Origin: Convolutriloba macropyga
Lineage: Eukaryota
DNA: 64,000 bases
NCBI RefSeq assembly: GCF_964194025.1
Contig: NC_134469.1
Coordinates: 47,430,001-47,494,000 of the forward strand
Direction: 5' to 3'
This document shows, piece by piece, positions 40,850 through 54,689 of this stretch; within the stretch, counting starts at the first letter, position 1; each line of letters opens with the position of its first letter. Made by a program: the position numbers and the translations under genes. The notes beneath the pieces were generated by a model that was not told where the DNA came from, did no database searches, and saw only the letters and a list, made by a program, of their open reading frames with translations.

Positions 40850-43108
40850 GGGGGGGGGGGCTGATGTGAGGCGAGCGTTTGAGGTGGGGGTGAGTAGTGC
40901 GGTGGGGGTGAGCCCTATATGTCCAATTAAGTCAAAAGGGTCAGACGAAAAATGAAATAATCATAGCTGGCAGATTGCTGGAAAATCGCCGCAATAGCTT
41001 TGTAGAACTGCAGTCTCAAAAAGTATTAAAAGAAACAGATCAAAAAAGAAACGGTCTGTTTTATTAAAGCCGAGATGTTATATTTTGATTAAAAATCTGT
41101 TTAATTTATTGCTGCTTCTATTAGCTGCCCTCAAATACCCTTCAATTAGAGTGGCACGTACTAAATTGATCTTAACCCTTTGAATTAAAGTAAATAAAAG
41201 TCAATTTCAGAGCGAGGAAGACATTTTTAAGAGTGAGGTTCGTCACTTGTGAGCAAAAACGTAATCACGCGAATAAACAAAAACTTTCCACTGCACGCAA
41301 TTACATTCAAACTGCATGAACAAAAAGCAGATCTGAAGTGATTGTGACGTCATATGGTTGTAACAGAAATCTTGATGAAATAAAAAAACATATCAGTACA
41401 AATCCCAACAAAATTCAAAGAAAAACAATATATAATATAACCGACTAACGTCGGGCGAATTGCTCTCAAACAACCGGCGAGCGGTTGGCTTCGTTAGTAG
41501 CAAGGCACGGTTTAGTAAGGCTAGCTTTAGCTTAATTGAAGGGGCGTAAGTGAGCGCAGGGGGGGGGGAGGTGCACCGGGGGGTTAATGGGGTGGCAACA
41601 GTGGGGGGTGGGGGTTCAATATCTAAGAACCGCCCTTCGCACCATAAGTATTAATCTCCAAAACAGATTCTGTGAATCGCATACTTGAAGACTAGTGAGC
41701 TGAAAGGCTCTAAGAGCACTTAAGGCCCGCTGGGCGCTACCTGTTATCTTGTTTTTGAGGAAGAAAAGTCAAAAGCGTTAGACGAAAAATTGGTCAAAGA
41801 AAAAATTGCATAAAAAAGACCGACAGGACTAATATAATTGCTCCAAAATTCGTTTGAGAGCAATTAAAAAATAATCAGATCAAAAAATTGGAAGAATAGT
41901 ATTAAAAAACACTCAAAGTGCCGTATGTGAACAAAAACCACAAGATAGGTAGCAAATTTTTGTGCAAATACCTTTCTCCCACTCCACATTAGAGCGAAAA
42001 AAAACTTTATGCCAAAAAACTCGCTTTTTGCTCCACTTCCTGTTTCGGTGTGACAAAAGTCATCACTTGAAATTAACTTCAAAAATCTTGAGAACGTTAG
42101 AAAAGATTTTTAAAACAAATACGGAAGATTACCAACTGGACTCGAAATAGAACTTAACTTACACCCTAGCCAACATCTAACTATATTAACAAAACTATTT
42201 ACTTCAATGTTTCACAAAATTTTAAATAAAACCAACCGAGGAAACAAAGAGAATGGAAGAAAATAAGAAAACTTTCTTGGAAATTTTTCACAAGTTTCCA
42301 CTCCAATAAAAATTTTAGATAACAGAATGTCTAAAATACTCAACTTCTGCTAGCAGCTACTGATTCCCATAAACGCGATTAGGATTGAATAGAAAAATGA
42401 ATAAAATGATTATTGTTTACAAAATAAAGTACAAATTATGTTGTTCTTCCGTTGTTAGACATACTCCTGTTTCTTAATGGAGGGGATGTATAGGCTAATA
42501 TCAGTTAACAAAAAAAGTATTAGAGACGGTGCCTAAGATTTAGAGGTTCTAGTAGCAGGCTGTCTAAAATTGAGTTTCATCGGTTTATCCCGTTTCCGTT
42601 TTTGATGTGCTTCCTCGAAACTACCGCTGTTGATTCCAGATTAATTTTTGAGCCACTACTGCTCAAAAGTACTTTGAAAATACTTCGAAAAAAATAAGAA
42701 GAATAAAAAAACCGTAAAGCAGGAATAAAATAAGAAGAAGTAAAACAGGGCCGCTATAATAGGGCCTGGGAAGATCAGAGAGGATATTGGAAAAACCACA
42801 AGGGATACATCTCGACGAACGAGAAAAACCGAGCTACAAACCCGCTAAATAAGCTTCCAAAACCTCGAAATCACAAATATAGCTCAAGATTGCATTTAAG
42901 TAATATATGAGTGAGATGGTCAAGAATGCTCCTAAACAAACAAATACTTGATAAGATGGTTTAGAACAACTACTTTACCTAAAAAGGTATAGTCAAAACT
43001 TAAAAAAACTGCTTCGAAAAAGCCGCACGTGATCCAAATATTTTGCTCGCTTAGCAAATTTTTTTTCACACAATTTTCTCGCTCCTCTCAAAAACGCGAT
43101 ATGAACTG

Positions 43109-43147
<39 letters not shown>

Positions 43148-43454
43148 AAATTTTTCGATTCGTTCAGCCGTTTGACCTGAACACCTAGCTTTCACGTGCA
43201 GAATTGGATTTTACATCCTGTTTTGAAAACACCAAAAAATTATAGATCAAAAAGAACCTCCACCAATACTCCTAATGGAGTCGTGAGAAAGACAGCGCCC
43301 CAAAACGATTCAAATTCTTTGAACTCTAAAAACCAAGAGAGGGCCATTAAAACCTCAGCTATCGCTTTGCGGCTATTGCCTCAGCTATCGCTTTGCGGCT
43401 ATTAAAAAAAACCACATGAGTAATATAATTGCTAAACTAAGTTTGAGAGCAATT
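40850..43454 (-). mobile_element. Four-level nest: D remnant > A[40961-43403] > C[41388-~43325] > D[41435-41865] and degenerate B[~42120-43284]
   Basis: D block AAGTCAAAAGGGTCAGACGAAAAAT is interrupted at ~40955 and the D terminus resumes at 43426-43454; inner ends recognisable by the same motifs. Left boundary approximate. Confidence 0.68.
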
Positions 43455-43639
43455 GATTTTTTTTGCATGTCATGCTTGACAAACTTGATTTCTTTAGATC
43501 GAATGCGTGAACAAACCAACCTTGCAAAAGAACAAAATCCAAATAGTCCTGGATTAAAATACATATATGTCCATATATAATCCAGACCTCATAAAATTAT
43601 TTATGAATTTTCGAAATAATTTGAAAAACTACTTATCCT

Positions 43640-44122
43640 TCTGTATTACTTGCAACTGTTAATCAAAATCTCATAACAACACTAGAAGAGCAGTTGAATT
43701 GGGCCATCAAAGCTTGTTTTCACAGACAAAAGTTTGACTCATCCTCAGATCTTAAAATGAACCTTATACTAACTATTTCGCTGCTTTTTGATTACAGGGC
43801 TGCCACTTACTGTCATAGCATCATGAATAAAAAGAAGCCTGCCTTCTCAAGCTCAGCTTTGAAATTACCAACCGCAAGTTTTTATATACACGAGCGAACT
43901 CAAAAAATTTTTACCCAGACAATTTCAAAATGCAATTTGCATGAAAAAAGTATTATTAAGAGAGGTATTCTGCAGCACAATTCTTTCCCAAGAAATTACT
44001 TGTCAATGTCATACAGTCTTGCAAAGAAGAAATATAAGCAGTTTCTTCTTAATGAATACAAGAAGGACCCGAAGAAAACCCAACATTGTTCAATTACTTG
44101 GAAAAATTTTAAGTTCAATTAA
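43640..44122 (+). mobile_element. Probable 5'-truncated LINE fragment (C-terminal tail of ORF2), antisense in RUVBL1 intron 2
   Basis: YPSVLLATVNQNLITTLEEQLNWAIKACFHRQKFDSSSDLK resembles by eye the ORF2 tail of the LINE at ~58190-58320 (FSGVFF..KNIQRMNRKIKWGKK..KFDH). Confidence 0.5.
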
Positions 44123-44764
44123 ATTTCTTTCTGTTTTGTATCAAATTTATGTTACTGTCGTCCCTCCCCGCCATTACAAGTGACTTCTCTATTCGGTCGA
44201 TATTTCAGTTATTACAAATTATTAGTTTTCTCTGTTTGTAATTATCAATATTCTACACTGCCTATCTCTGTAAATTTTACTATGACTGAAACATTTACAG
44301 ATATTAGGAAATACAGTGTGCCTTTTTAAACTATCAAATTTTGGAAAAGGGTGACAATAGAAGTCGAAGTGCTCGAATTAAAAATCCGCAAAAAATGATA
44401 TTTTGTTTTCTCTAAATACTTTAAGAGACGTCTCGACAGGTTACGCTCTATAATTATGAAAAACACGATTCGTTAAATATTGATAGAAAATCAATAATCG
44501 CAAAAAAAATGTGCTGAGAACCATACAAACGTCTTCGGACCGTAAAAACCATCACGAAGGCAGTTCTCTTCGAGTCGTAAGAGAATATGTTGAAAACAAA
44601 TAGTCATCTTCATAGTTGCCAAAAACTTTATTTTGTAGAAATTGGTAATAGAGCCACAAAAAATTATTGACGCGGCCAAAATAATTCTCAGACAATTCAA
44701 CTTTTAAACCTCCTACAATTTCTGTCTATGAAACAAATCACTAGCGAAAGATTGACTAGAGAAT

Positions 44765-47700
44765 ACATAGCTGGCAGATTGCCAGAAAATAGCCGCAATT
44801 GATTCGTAAATCGGCAGTCTAAAAAAAAACAGTAAAAAAGACAGACCAAAAAATTTCGTCTTTTCATTGAAGGCTGATCTGTTATATTTTGATTAAAAAT
44901 CTGTATAAGTTATTGCTGCCTCTATTAGCTGATCTCGAATAACCTTCATTTAGAGTGACACACACCCATCTGACCTTATCTCTTTGAATTAAAGTAAATA
45001 AAAGTCAATTTCAAAGTGAGGAAGTCATTTTTGTGAGGAAGTCCAAAAATTTAATCACGCGCATGAACAAAAAAACTCGCTCCACTAAGAGCAAAAAATG
45101 ACGTCACACATGCAATTCAGTTGAAATTGCATGAACGAATGAACAAAAAGTGGCTGTGACGTCATATGGTCGTAACAAAAATCATGACGACGAAATAAAA
45201 ACATAGCCGGAAGAATTCCGGAAGCGACTCGAAGCACCAAAACTTCACAAAAAGCTGAAGCCATTACCTTTTGTATTAAACCATTAACTCATTACCTCCG
45301 CGGGTCTGATCTAAAAACCGGTGAAATTTAAACCACTGTCACCAAGAGAAAGAAAATGCAGCAAAATTTTATTATTGAAAACATTTGGTAACGTTAAAAA
45401 AGTCTGAAATATTTAGGATGGTCAAAAAACTGATAGCCTGACAAAGCTGACAGGGCCATCAATTGCCCTCAGATAATTAATGATTCTAATCTCAAAAAGA
45501 TCGCGAAAGCAAACGGCAGATAAAAACTTTTTAAAAAAGACAGGAAAGTCAAAATTATTCAAAAAAGAGTGCTCAAACTTAAGAATCAGAGAACCACTAC
45601 AATTAGATTTCTAATCACGGCAAATAAGACAAAAATAATACATGATTCTTCCTTGTTGTATATATGCTAGACAAATAGATTTCATACTAATTCAAAAATT
45701 AAATTAATCATAGAAAAACAAAAGCAACAGAATAATATTCAAAGGCAAACAATCGTCTAAAAACAATACCCAGCCCGGAATAAAATTGCAATGAATAGTA
45801 ATAAGTCGAAATGTTGGAAAAGACTTTCTAGCAAACTCCCAGTACTGCCTTATTTTGAATTAAATCAATTGCAAACCGAAGAAACCAAGATCTAAGAAAA
45901 AGCTGAATTCATTCAATTTTTTAACAACTGAAAAAATCAATATAACGAATATAAAAGTAGATGCCAGGAAAAAACTAGAATGATACAAACGAGAATGTGA
46001 AGACTATGGACACAATGTTAGAAACACCGTAACAAAAAGACCAATTCTTGATTTTTGAAGGTTAAAAAACAAATTTAAAAAATCAAGAAAAACGAGTACA
46101 TTTCATTGATCAGCATTCGAGACATAGAAAAGACAACGAGTCATTCGAGACAAAAAATCCAACTTGCTGAACAGAATAAAACAAGAAGAAGCAGAATTCA
46201 GACATACGAAACAATGAAACATTTTGCAAAAAAGTGGTCAAAAAAATTTAAGACTGCATTTATGAAAACAATTTATCTGTTTTTTCAAAACCTAACAGCA
46301 AAAAATGATTGATTTTTTTTAAACGAAACTGAAGTCCCTAATGTTCCCCAAAATACTATTTCTAGTAATTAAAAGCAAAATACAAACAAAAAACTGAAAA
46401 AAATTGCAAAAAACTACGAAAATCGGATTAGCAAATGTACAATTTTATGAAACAAAATTACATCGAGGTAGAAAGAGGCATTGAGTATATGAATTATCAA
46501 AGGGAAGTTGCCATATTAACTGATTTTTGACAAAAAACAGCTAAAAGATCCAAAAGTGAAGAAAATAATAGAAAAAAAGCCAAAAATTAACTAAAAAATC
46601 AAGAAATATGTGCCAATTTCGCATTTGAAACGCAATTTCAGGCTCTGCAAAATACTGTGTTAACAATTTCCCGGGTTTACATTTCAACATAGCATCGATT
46701 AAAAATTATTTCTACAAAAAACCAAATTACAAGCAAAAAAACTAGGCCACTTAGACGAAAAAACGGCTAAAAACGGTTATCTATATGTGCCATTCAGTCA
46801 AAAACTACTTTTCAATGTCAAAAAGTCATTCACTAAACGCAGCGCATGATCAAAAAACTTCTCTCGCTCAGAAAAAATTAGTTCACACTGCAATTTTACT
46901 CGCTTTCGCTTTTAGGTCAAAACATCGTCTGAACGAATAGTACTTCCGGTAAAAAAAAACCTTAAGAACATAGCCGGAAGAATTCCTGAAGCGACTCGAA
47001 GCGTAAAAACTTGACAAAAACCCTAATTGCAGCTGAAACCATTACCTTTTTTAATAAACCATGAACTTATTAACCCCCCCCCCCCCCCGGTCTGATCTAA
47101 AAATTGGTGAAACTTAAACCACTGTCACCAAGAGAAACAAAATGCCGCAAAATATTTATTATTGAAAACGTTTGGTAAGGATAAGTGCAAATTAATTAGG
47201 ATAGTCAAAACACTGATAGTCTTAAACAGCTGACAGGACTATCAACTGCCCTCAAATAATTCATGATGCTAATCTCAAAAAGATCGCTAAAGCAAACGGC
47301 AGATAATAATTACTTAGAAACTAAATTAAATTTTTAAAAAAAATAATGCTCAAGTTAAGAACCAGAAAACTACTACAGTTAGATTTCTCATCACTGCAAT
47401 TAAGACAAAGACACTATATATTTTTTCTTCTTGTATATATGCTAGACAACATGATTTCAAACTAACTCAAAAATTAAAATCATAGAAAAGCAACCGAGTA
47501 ATATTTAAAGTCAAAAAAATGTTTAAGAACAATACCAAGGTCGGAAAAAAATACAATAAAAAGTAATAAGTAGCAATTCTGGAAAGGAAAAGGCTTTCTA
47601 GTAAACTCTTAGTACTGCCTTATGTTGAATGAAATCAATTGCAACCCAAAGAAATGACGAAAATCTAAGAAAAAGCCGAAATCATTCAATTTGTTAATAA

Positions 47701-48851
47701 CTGAAAAAATCAATAAAACCGGTAGAAATGTAGGTGCCAGGACAGAGCTAGAAAGATACGAGCTAGAATGTGAACAATATGGATACAAGGTAAAGAACAC
47801 CGTAACAAGCACTAATTCTTGATTTTTGAAAGTTCAAATCAAAGTTTAAAAGTTTTGAAAATTCCAAAATCAAATTTAAAAAAATAAGAAAAACTAACAC
47901 CATTTCATTTTTCAGCATTCGAGACATAGAAAATACAAGGATACATCCGAGACAAAAATCTATCCTGCAGAACGGATCAAATAAAAAGAAAAAGCAGAAA
48001 ACAAACATACGAAACATTGAAACATTTTGCAAAAAAAGGTCAAAAAATTTTTAGGACAGCATTTATAAAAAAAAATTTAACTGTTTTTCAAAAATTTAAC
48101 GCTAAAAAATTATTGACGTTTTTATCGAAACGAAATTAAAGCCCCTCATGTTGCACAAAAAGAATATTGCTAGTAATTAAAACCAAAATCCAGACAAAAA
48201 ACAGAAAAATAGGAAAAAAAACTACCAAAATCGGATTAGCATATGTACAACTTCATAAAACAAAATTACATCGAGGTAAAAAGAGGCATCGAGTATATAA
48301 ATTGTCAACGGGAAGTTGTCATATTGACTGATTTTTGACAAAAAGACGGCTAAAAGATCCAAAAATGAAGAAAATAATAGGAAAAAAGCCAAAAATTAAT
48401 TAAAAAATCAAGAAATTTATGCCAATTTTGAAACGCGTTTTCAGGCTCTGCAAAACACTGTGCTATTGATTTCCAAGGTTTACATTTCAATATAGCATCG
48501 AATAAAAATCATTTCTACAAAAAACCAAATTACAAGCAAAAAAATAGGCCACTTAGACGAAAAAACGGCTAAAAACGGTTATCTATATAAGCCATTCAGT
48601 CAAAAACTACTTTTCAAAGTCAAAAAGTCATTCACGAAACGCAGCGCATGATCAAAAAACTTCTCTCGCTCAGAAAAAATTAGTTCACACAGCAATTTCT
48701 CTCACTTTCGCTTTTAGGTCAAAACAGCGTCTGAACGAATAGTACTTCCGGTAAAAAAAAAAAACCTTAAGAAAACCAATACTCCTCTTCGAGTCGTAAA
48801 AAAAACCAAGAGAAGGCCAATAATAGCCTCAGCTATCGCTGTGCGGCTATT
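44765..48851 (-). mobile_element. Family A element containing two tandem B bodies (45201-46967 and 46968-48797)
   Basis: A ends at 44765 and 48851; ACATAGCCGGAAGAATTCC at 45201 and 46968; single CTTCGAGTCGT at 48797; bodies similar to 26436-28573. Confidence 0.85.
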
Positions 48852-48952
48852 AATAATAGTTTCTCGCTGCTGCTTCCCAGCTGATAAGAATGAAGCTTAG
48901 TCCTGGCAAATAGTTGTGTGTGTAAACTTGAATAAAAATTTAGAACTCAAAC

Positions 48953-49088
48953 CTGTATTGGCCTCAATGTAGATGACATCTCCTGGTTCAACCTTCTCTT
49001 TTTGTAGACTCTCGTAGACAGAGGGATCCAACTTGAGCTGCTTAGTGCCCTTCGCAGTCTTCAAACCAATCACAACATGCGAGACTAC
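48953..49088 (-). CDS. RUVBL1: RuvB-like 1, exon 2 (missed by ORF track)
   Basis: GATAG acceptor; [45 protein letters not shown]; G/GTTTGA donor. Confidence 0.96.
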
Positions 49089-49215
49089 CTATCAACAAAG
49101 TAGTTCTGATTAATGTTAATCTCTCTTTTAGTTTTAGATAAAAAAAACCAGCTATTTTACCCCCCCCCCCCGACAACTAGTAGTTTTGATTTTAGAGCAA
49201 ATGCAGCCATAGTTA

Positions 49216-49701
<486 letters not shown>

Positions 49702-49927
49702 TCAAAAACAATCTGAAAGATAAGTATGGATCATCTAAGTACAGCCGAAGGGCAGCCTCTGTTTTTCGAATAATTGATGGAAAAAGAAGGTACAATAAGT
49801 GTTCTGTTCCACAATTTCCAAGTAATTCAACATTAATACAAAAATATAAAATGAAGCACGATATACTATAGATATGAGTTTTGCTTAATGCATAATAATG
49901 ATTAGGATAAGGTTGGAAGAGTAACGG

Positions 49928-50221
49928 TTAGGATAAAATTGATGGCAGATCAGGCTTAAGAAACCTTTCCGATATTGCCCTTAATATTTTGCCTGGTTTC
50001 GGTTGCACTTGATCAACAATTGCTCTGACAGCTGACTGAACTTTGTCATTCAACTCTTCTGCCTCGATATTGTCACCTGGATCAACGTGAATGGGATCAC
50101 CGATGAATGTAGTGAGTTTGGCTGGAAAGCCTCCGTACAATAACACAAATGGAAACTTGAACTTCTCGTACAGCTGCATCTGCCAATTCCAGAATGGCCT
50201 TATCCGTGCAAAGCGAAACAC
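49928..50221 (-). CDS. TMEM68: TMEM68 acyltransferase, exon 4
   Basis: GCCTTTCAG acceptor; LYEKFKFPFVLLYGGFPAKLTTFIGDPI...PGKILRAISERF matches the TMEM68 C-terminus. Confidence 0.92.
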   Translation of the reverse strand: MFRFARIRPFWNWQMQLYEKFKFPFVLLYGGFPAKLTTFIGDPIHVDPGDNIEAEELNDKVQSAVRAIVDQVQPKPGKILRAISERFLKPDLPSILS

Positions 50222-50774
50222 CTGAAAGGCAAAGCATTCTGAGAACTGTTTTATTAATATCTAGGAGACTGGATTAAGTATTAAACTACTTTTTTGTCGT
50301 ACAGAACAACAAAGCGATTTGCAATATTCTGTGCAAAGAACAGCTACGTCACCAACGCCATTTACTCAACAAATTGCATGAATGAACGAAAACCTGATTT
50401 GAAGTGAGCGTCACGTCACAGGTTTTTTACAGCACTCTTGTTTTTTTTCAGAGTTATGGCAAAATTTAAATTTGTCTTTACCAGTCGATAATTGCCGAGA
50501 GCTTTTCATTGCACTGGTACAAAGTCTCCGTCCGCTCAAAAACATGTTCTTTGAACAATAAGCAAGGTTAACTTTTTGAAAGCATTATATCGATTTCTTT
50601 TCAATAAGAAGGAATCAACGTTTTTCCTCCAATAACTGAAAACAATTCTGGACATAAAGGCCAACGAAGTCCAAAAATAGACCGTATGTTTTTTTTCAAG
50701 TCTACCGACTACATCACACGCAACTGAGCTCGTTTCAACCACTTTGTTGCCTAAAAAAGAAAACTTTAAATTAC

Positions 50775-51065
50775 CTCCCGAATATTTCGGGTGAATACCG
50801 GGTAGATTGGCACTTTACAATGGAGGGCAATCTTTGCATACCCTAGTCTCGACCCCCAGAACACTTCATAATTCGCATCACTATAAAGCATTTCACGTGT
50901 ACCCCCTGGTGCCAGCACCAGAAAGTATCCTTCGCCCAGAGCAGCCTCACACTCCAACCTTGTACCCTTGATAACATTAAACGTATCCAACATTGTCCTC
51001 CACCCTGGAATTTTGAACAAAAACCTGTCAGCTACTGACTTTGTTTTGTCATGTCGCCGTAGAAC
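50775..51065 (-). CDS. TMEM68: TMEM68, exon 3
   Basis: TTTAG acceptor; VADRFLFKIPG, APGGTREMLYSD, VPIYPVFTRNIRE; GAG/GTAATT donor. Confidence 0.92.
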
Positions 51066-51440
51066 CTAAACAAATCTACAACTACTTTATGCTGAAGGAT
51101 CTGGTAGTTAAGTTTGCAGAACGATGCTAAAGTGCTTGACCAGAATTGAAATCCCTTTGCAGCAGACACCTATGACAATCAACACAATTCATCATTTCAC
51201 TTTTCAGCAAAATCATAAGTTGCACTAGAAGGTAATTTTTGAGTGTCTGATCGTACGAAGCGATAAATTGAACAACTCTTCTCTATATTTTGAACAGATT
51301 GCCACATGAAAATATCATTAACAATCCTGATATTTCATAACCTTTCATTCAAATACGAAATTCGGAACAAAAACAACTAGCCTTTGCGGCATCAATGTTT
51401 ACTGTTAAGACCAACGTTACCAGAACTACATATAACTTAC

Positions 51441-51635
51441 CAACTCGGCCATCAAATAGTAACAATCCAGAGGCACTTCACCATGATAATAAACCAGCAT
51501 TGCCGGGCTTCTACGATCATCAGGAAGCTTTTCGAGACCACGCACCTCATAACCATTCCATATACGACCCAAAGTTCTCCACATTATAGCACAAATTAGT
51601 CGGGCAGCCTTCCTCCAACATCTTTGATGGCCAAA
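51441..51635 (-). CDS. TMEM68: TMEM68, exon 2 (missed by ORF track; catalytic H..D motif)
   Basis: TTTAG acceptor; IWNGYEVRGLEKLP..PAMLVYYHGEVPLDCYYLMA; GTAAGT donor at 51440. Confidence 0.92.
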
Positions 51636-51736
51636 CTAAACAAGGAGGCTCGGTAATGTGCATTCGCACATAATGTTCCGACCCCGCTAATCTACATTTT
51701 GACTTAATTCTCTTCCAAACGAGGAAGAAATACGAA

Positions 51737-53120
51737 GGGGGGGGCCTCAAAGAACCGCCCTTCACACCATAAGTATAAGTCTCCAAAACAATTTCTATGA
51801 ATCGCATTCCTAGATACTAGTGAGCTGAAGAACCCTAAGAGCACTTAATTCTCGCTGGGCGCTACCTGTCTACCCCGTTTTTGAGGACGAAAAGTCAACT
51901 GGATCAGACAAAAAATCGCATAAAACATAGCCGGAAGAATTCCGGAAACAACTCTAGAGTCGTCTCCCTGAAAAATCTACAATTTAATTCAATTTTTAAC
52001 CGGTACTACTAAAATGACTACATAAACTTAAAAAACAATTCAGTCAAAATTTGAAAAAAATAGCCCATAAAACAACTGAACTAAAAAAATAATTCGAAAA
52101 AGTCAATTACTCCTGTATCAAATATAAGCGAAAATTAGCAGAAAATTGTCCTACGCAATTGGAAACATCAAACTGCTCAAGCAGCAAAGCGCAAGTTATG
52201 TTGAAAAATTTGGGAAAAAAATAAATACTGCAAGAAAAAATTGTTACAAAATTTATCAACTTCCGTAATTTTTCGCTATAAAAACACTATATTATAAAAA
52301 CTATAATCATTTAATAACTAATTAAATTTTGCGCAGTAGTTTTCGTTTAAAATTCAAATGGAGGCGATAAAACTAAAAAAAAACCAATAAATTAATCAGG
52401 TCAGAAAATAATGAAATAGAATTAGGGAAGACCAATATTAAAAGTCAAAAAATCGTATATTACCAAAACCTAGCCCTATGAATAATCACAGCAATATTCA
52501 CATAATCAATCAAAAAATTTTAACAGTGAATCTAGCAAAAACTCAGCGCAATATTATCTTAAAAACAAACAGCAAACGAAAAAATTGAAAAATCGAGACT
52601 AAAAATATTACAATTTATTTATTCAAAATTATTTATTCAAATCAATAATCTTAAAACTAATAAAACTAATGACCAACAAAACTATAAAACTTGGAAAATT
52701 TTTGGAGAGATATATGCAGCAGTGTGGAGAATCCAGCAGTGTGGCTTATTACCCAAAACATACTTCAAGTAATTATAAATCGCAATTCAGACCCCTGAGA
52801 GTGCACATGAAGAGCTTTTCAAAGAGTTTTATTAATAATTAACTACAAAAACAAACAAAAAACTAAGAAACCTGATAAAAAAACGCCAAAATCGGATTAG
52901 TTTCTGTGCAATTTTAAAACAAAAAACAAGAAAATCTCACAAAAAAGAGGCATTCAATTCATAAATTATGAAAAAGACATTGCCATATTTACTAAGCTCG
53001 CAGAAAAAAGTCCACTCAAAGCTCCAATGTTGTGTGAAATATGTGCCAATTTTGCGCTTGAAACGAATTATTAGGAGCGCAAAAATATTTTGGTCTCAAT
53101 TTCAGAGGGTTTTCAAGATT
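51737..53120 (-). mobile_element. Family D remnant interrupted near its terminus by a B-type element (from 51925), in TMEM68 intron 1
   Basis: AAGAACCGCCCTTCACACCATAAGTATAAG...GAGGACGAAAAGTCAA then ACATAGCCGGAAGAATTCCGG; B-like interior blocks (CCAAAATCGGATTAG, ATATGTGCCAATTTT). Right boundary approximate. Confidence 0.62.
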
Positions 53121-53235
53121 TTCGAGACTTCACTAGAATATGAAAGCTGGCCAACTAGAACAGAAAATCCATTCAAAGATTTTAAATTCTGTCATATGGG
53201 CGTAGTACTACTAAAGTCTGGAAAGATAGACACAC

Positions 53236-53538
53236 CTCAGAGAAATGGTGCTTGTACTTGACGATATTGATTACAAAGATACAGCAGTAGAACAAGGTAA
53301 AGGTTATCAGAGGTAGAAGAATGATGAAGATGAAAGGGGCAAGTACACAGAGAAGCCACACAACGTAATCTACATCTAATCCGATTAACCCCAAAGGATA
53401 TTGCACATAGGGTGCGAGGCTTTTTCTGACGCTCAGATAGAAATCGCTGAGAAAACCTTCTGTCAGCCCGAACGTAGACGCTAGAGAGTCAACAAAACCA
53501 AGGGTAGTAATAATGGTAGCATCCAAGCAATTGCTCAT
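53236..53538 (-). CDS. TMEM68: TMEM68, coding exon 1 (360 aa total)
   Basis: ATG 53538; long hydrophobic segment WLLCVLAPFIFIILLPLITFTLFYCCIFVINI; GAG/GTGTGT donor in phase 0. Confidence 0.85.
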
Positions 53539-54689
53539 TTCATCACCACATTAGCGCTCCTTACGTTTGCCGTTTCTCACATTTCGATAACTGAAATTTT
53601 CAAAAATTAATAAATTCAGACAAAGGAAGCGTATATCTAAATTTACACGTTCGCATAGTCAAAACAGCGGGCTAAACACAGAAAGGGCCGCTTAAAACTA
53701 AATATTTTGATAACTGCCAGCCACCATCTCAATTATCCGTTAGATGGATCAATTTTCTGGGAATATAAAATTCTACCACAGGCTTCAAATTTTGCAATTT
53801 TCTCCTTGAAAACTATGATAATCAATTGTTAATCAGTGAGCTGCACAAAAGCCACAAATAGGTAGACAAGATAAAAAATAATTATTTGGTTGGAGTGAAC
53901 ACAATGAATTTTTTTGCATTTTTACCACGAGAGTATCCGTAGTAAAGTATTTTCCATGTTTATACATTTCAGTTGAGATCACGACTTACAAATCAAATGT
54001 TTTGATAAATGCCAAACTATCGGTGACACTCACTAGAAGGAATTGATGTTTCTTCTCAAAATTAAAACTCATTTTTCCATCGGAAACAATTGCATTGGAT
54101 TTTATTTTGCAGTTAGAAAAAAACCCTAAAGTTGTGATGATGACCACAAATGAGGAAAATGCCCACTATTTGATGGAAAAGAAGCTGAAATTAAAAGTCA
54201 GAAGTCAGCTGCGTGTAAACTTTCAAACTAAATTGATAAATTTTGTCTACTCCCTTCTGAACACTGTAAATTGCAATGCCCAAGCCGTACTCAACATTAA
54301 ATATATGGAGTGAAGACCTTCTTTTTTTTCGTTTTTATTTTTCAAGCTACGATATATTACTACTGGGTATTCTAGTTCTCAGTGTATGGGTGCTATCTCT
54401 ATTCAACTACTGTTGTCACCGTTACGATCTCCCGAGACATTTTTTTTGATAACTTAATCGCAATTTTTTTGAACGCCAATTTTTCTGAATTTGGGTACTC
54501 TATACACATAAATTGGGCTGTATTCCATCTCGTCATCGGGTGAGACCAAACCATTTAATTTACATCACAATCTTTAATTCTATTTCGGGTACAATTTTTC
54601 CCCCAACTTTTTAAAAAATGATGCTGTAATTTTATTATTCAACTAAAAGCAATACGAGGTCATCATGTTTTCAAAAAAAAAGTCCTTTA

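Noticed and set aside
43113-43145. (CT)n microsatellite (also ~4514 and ~7775)
   Set aside because: Ordinary simple repeats inside mobile elements.
51395-51589. 64-aa plus-strand ORF
   Set aside because: Antisense to TMEM68 exon 2, which carries the conserved motif.
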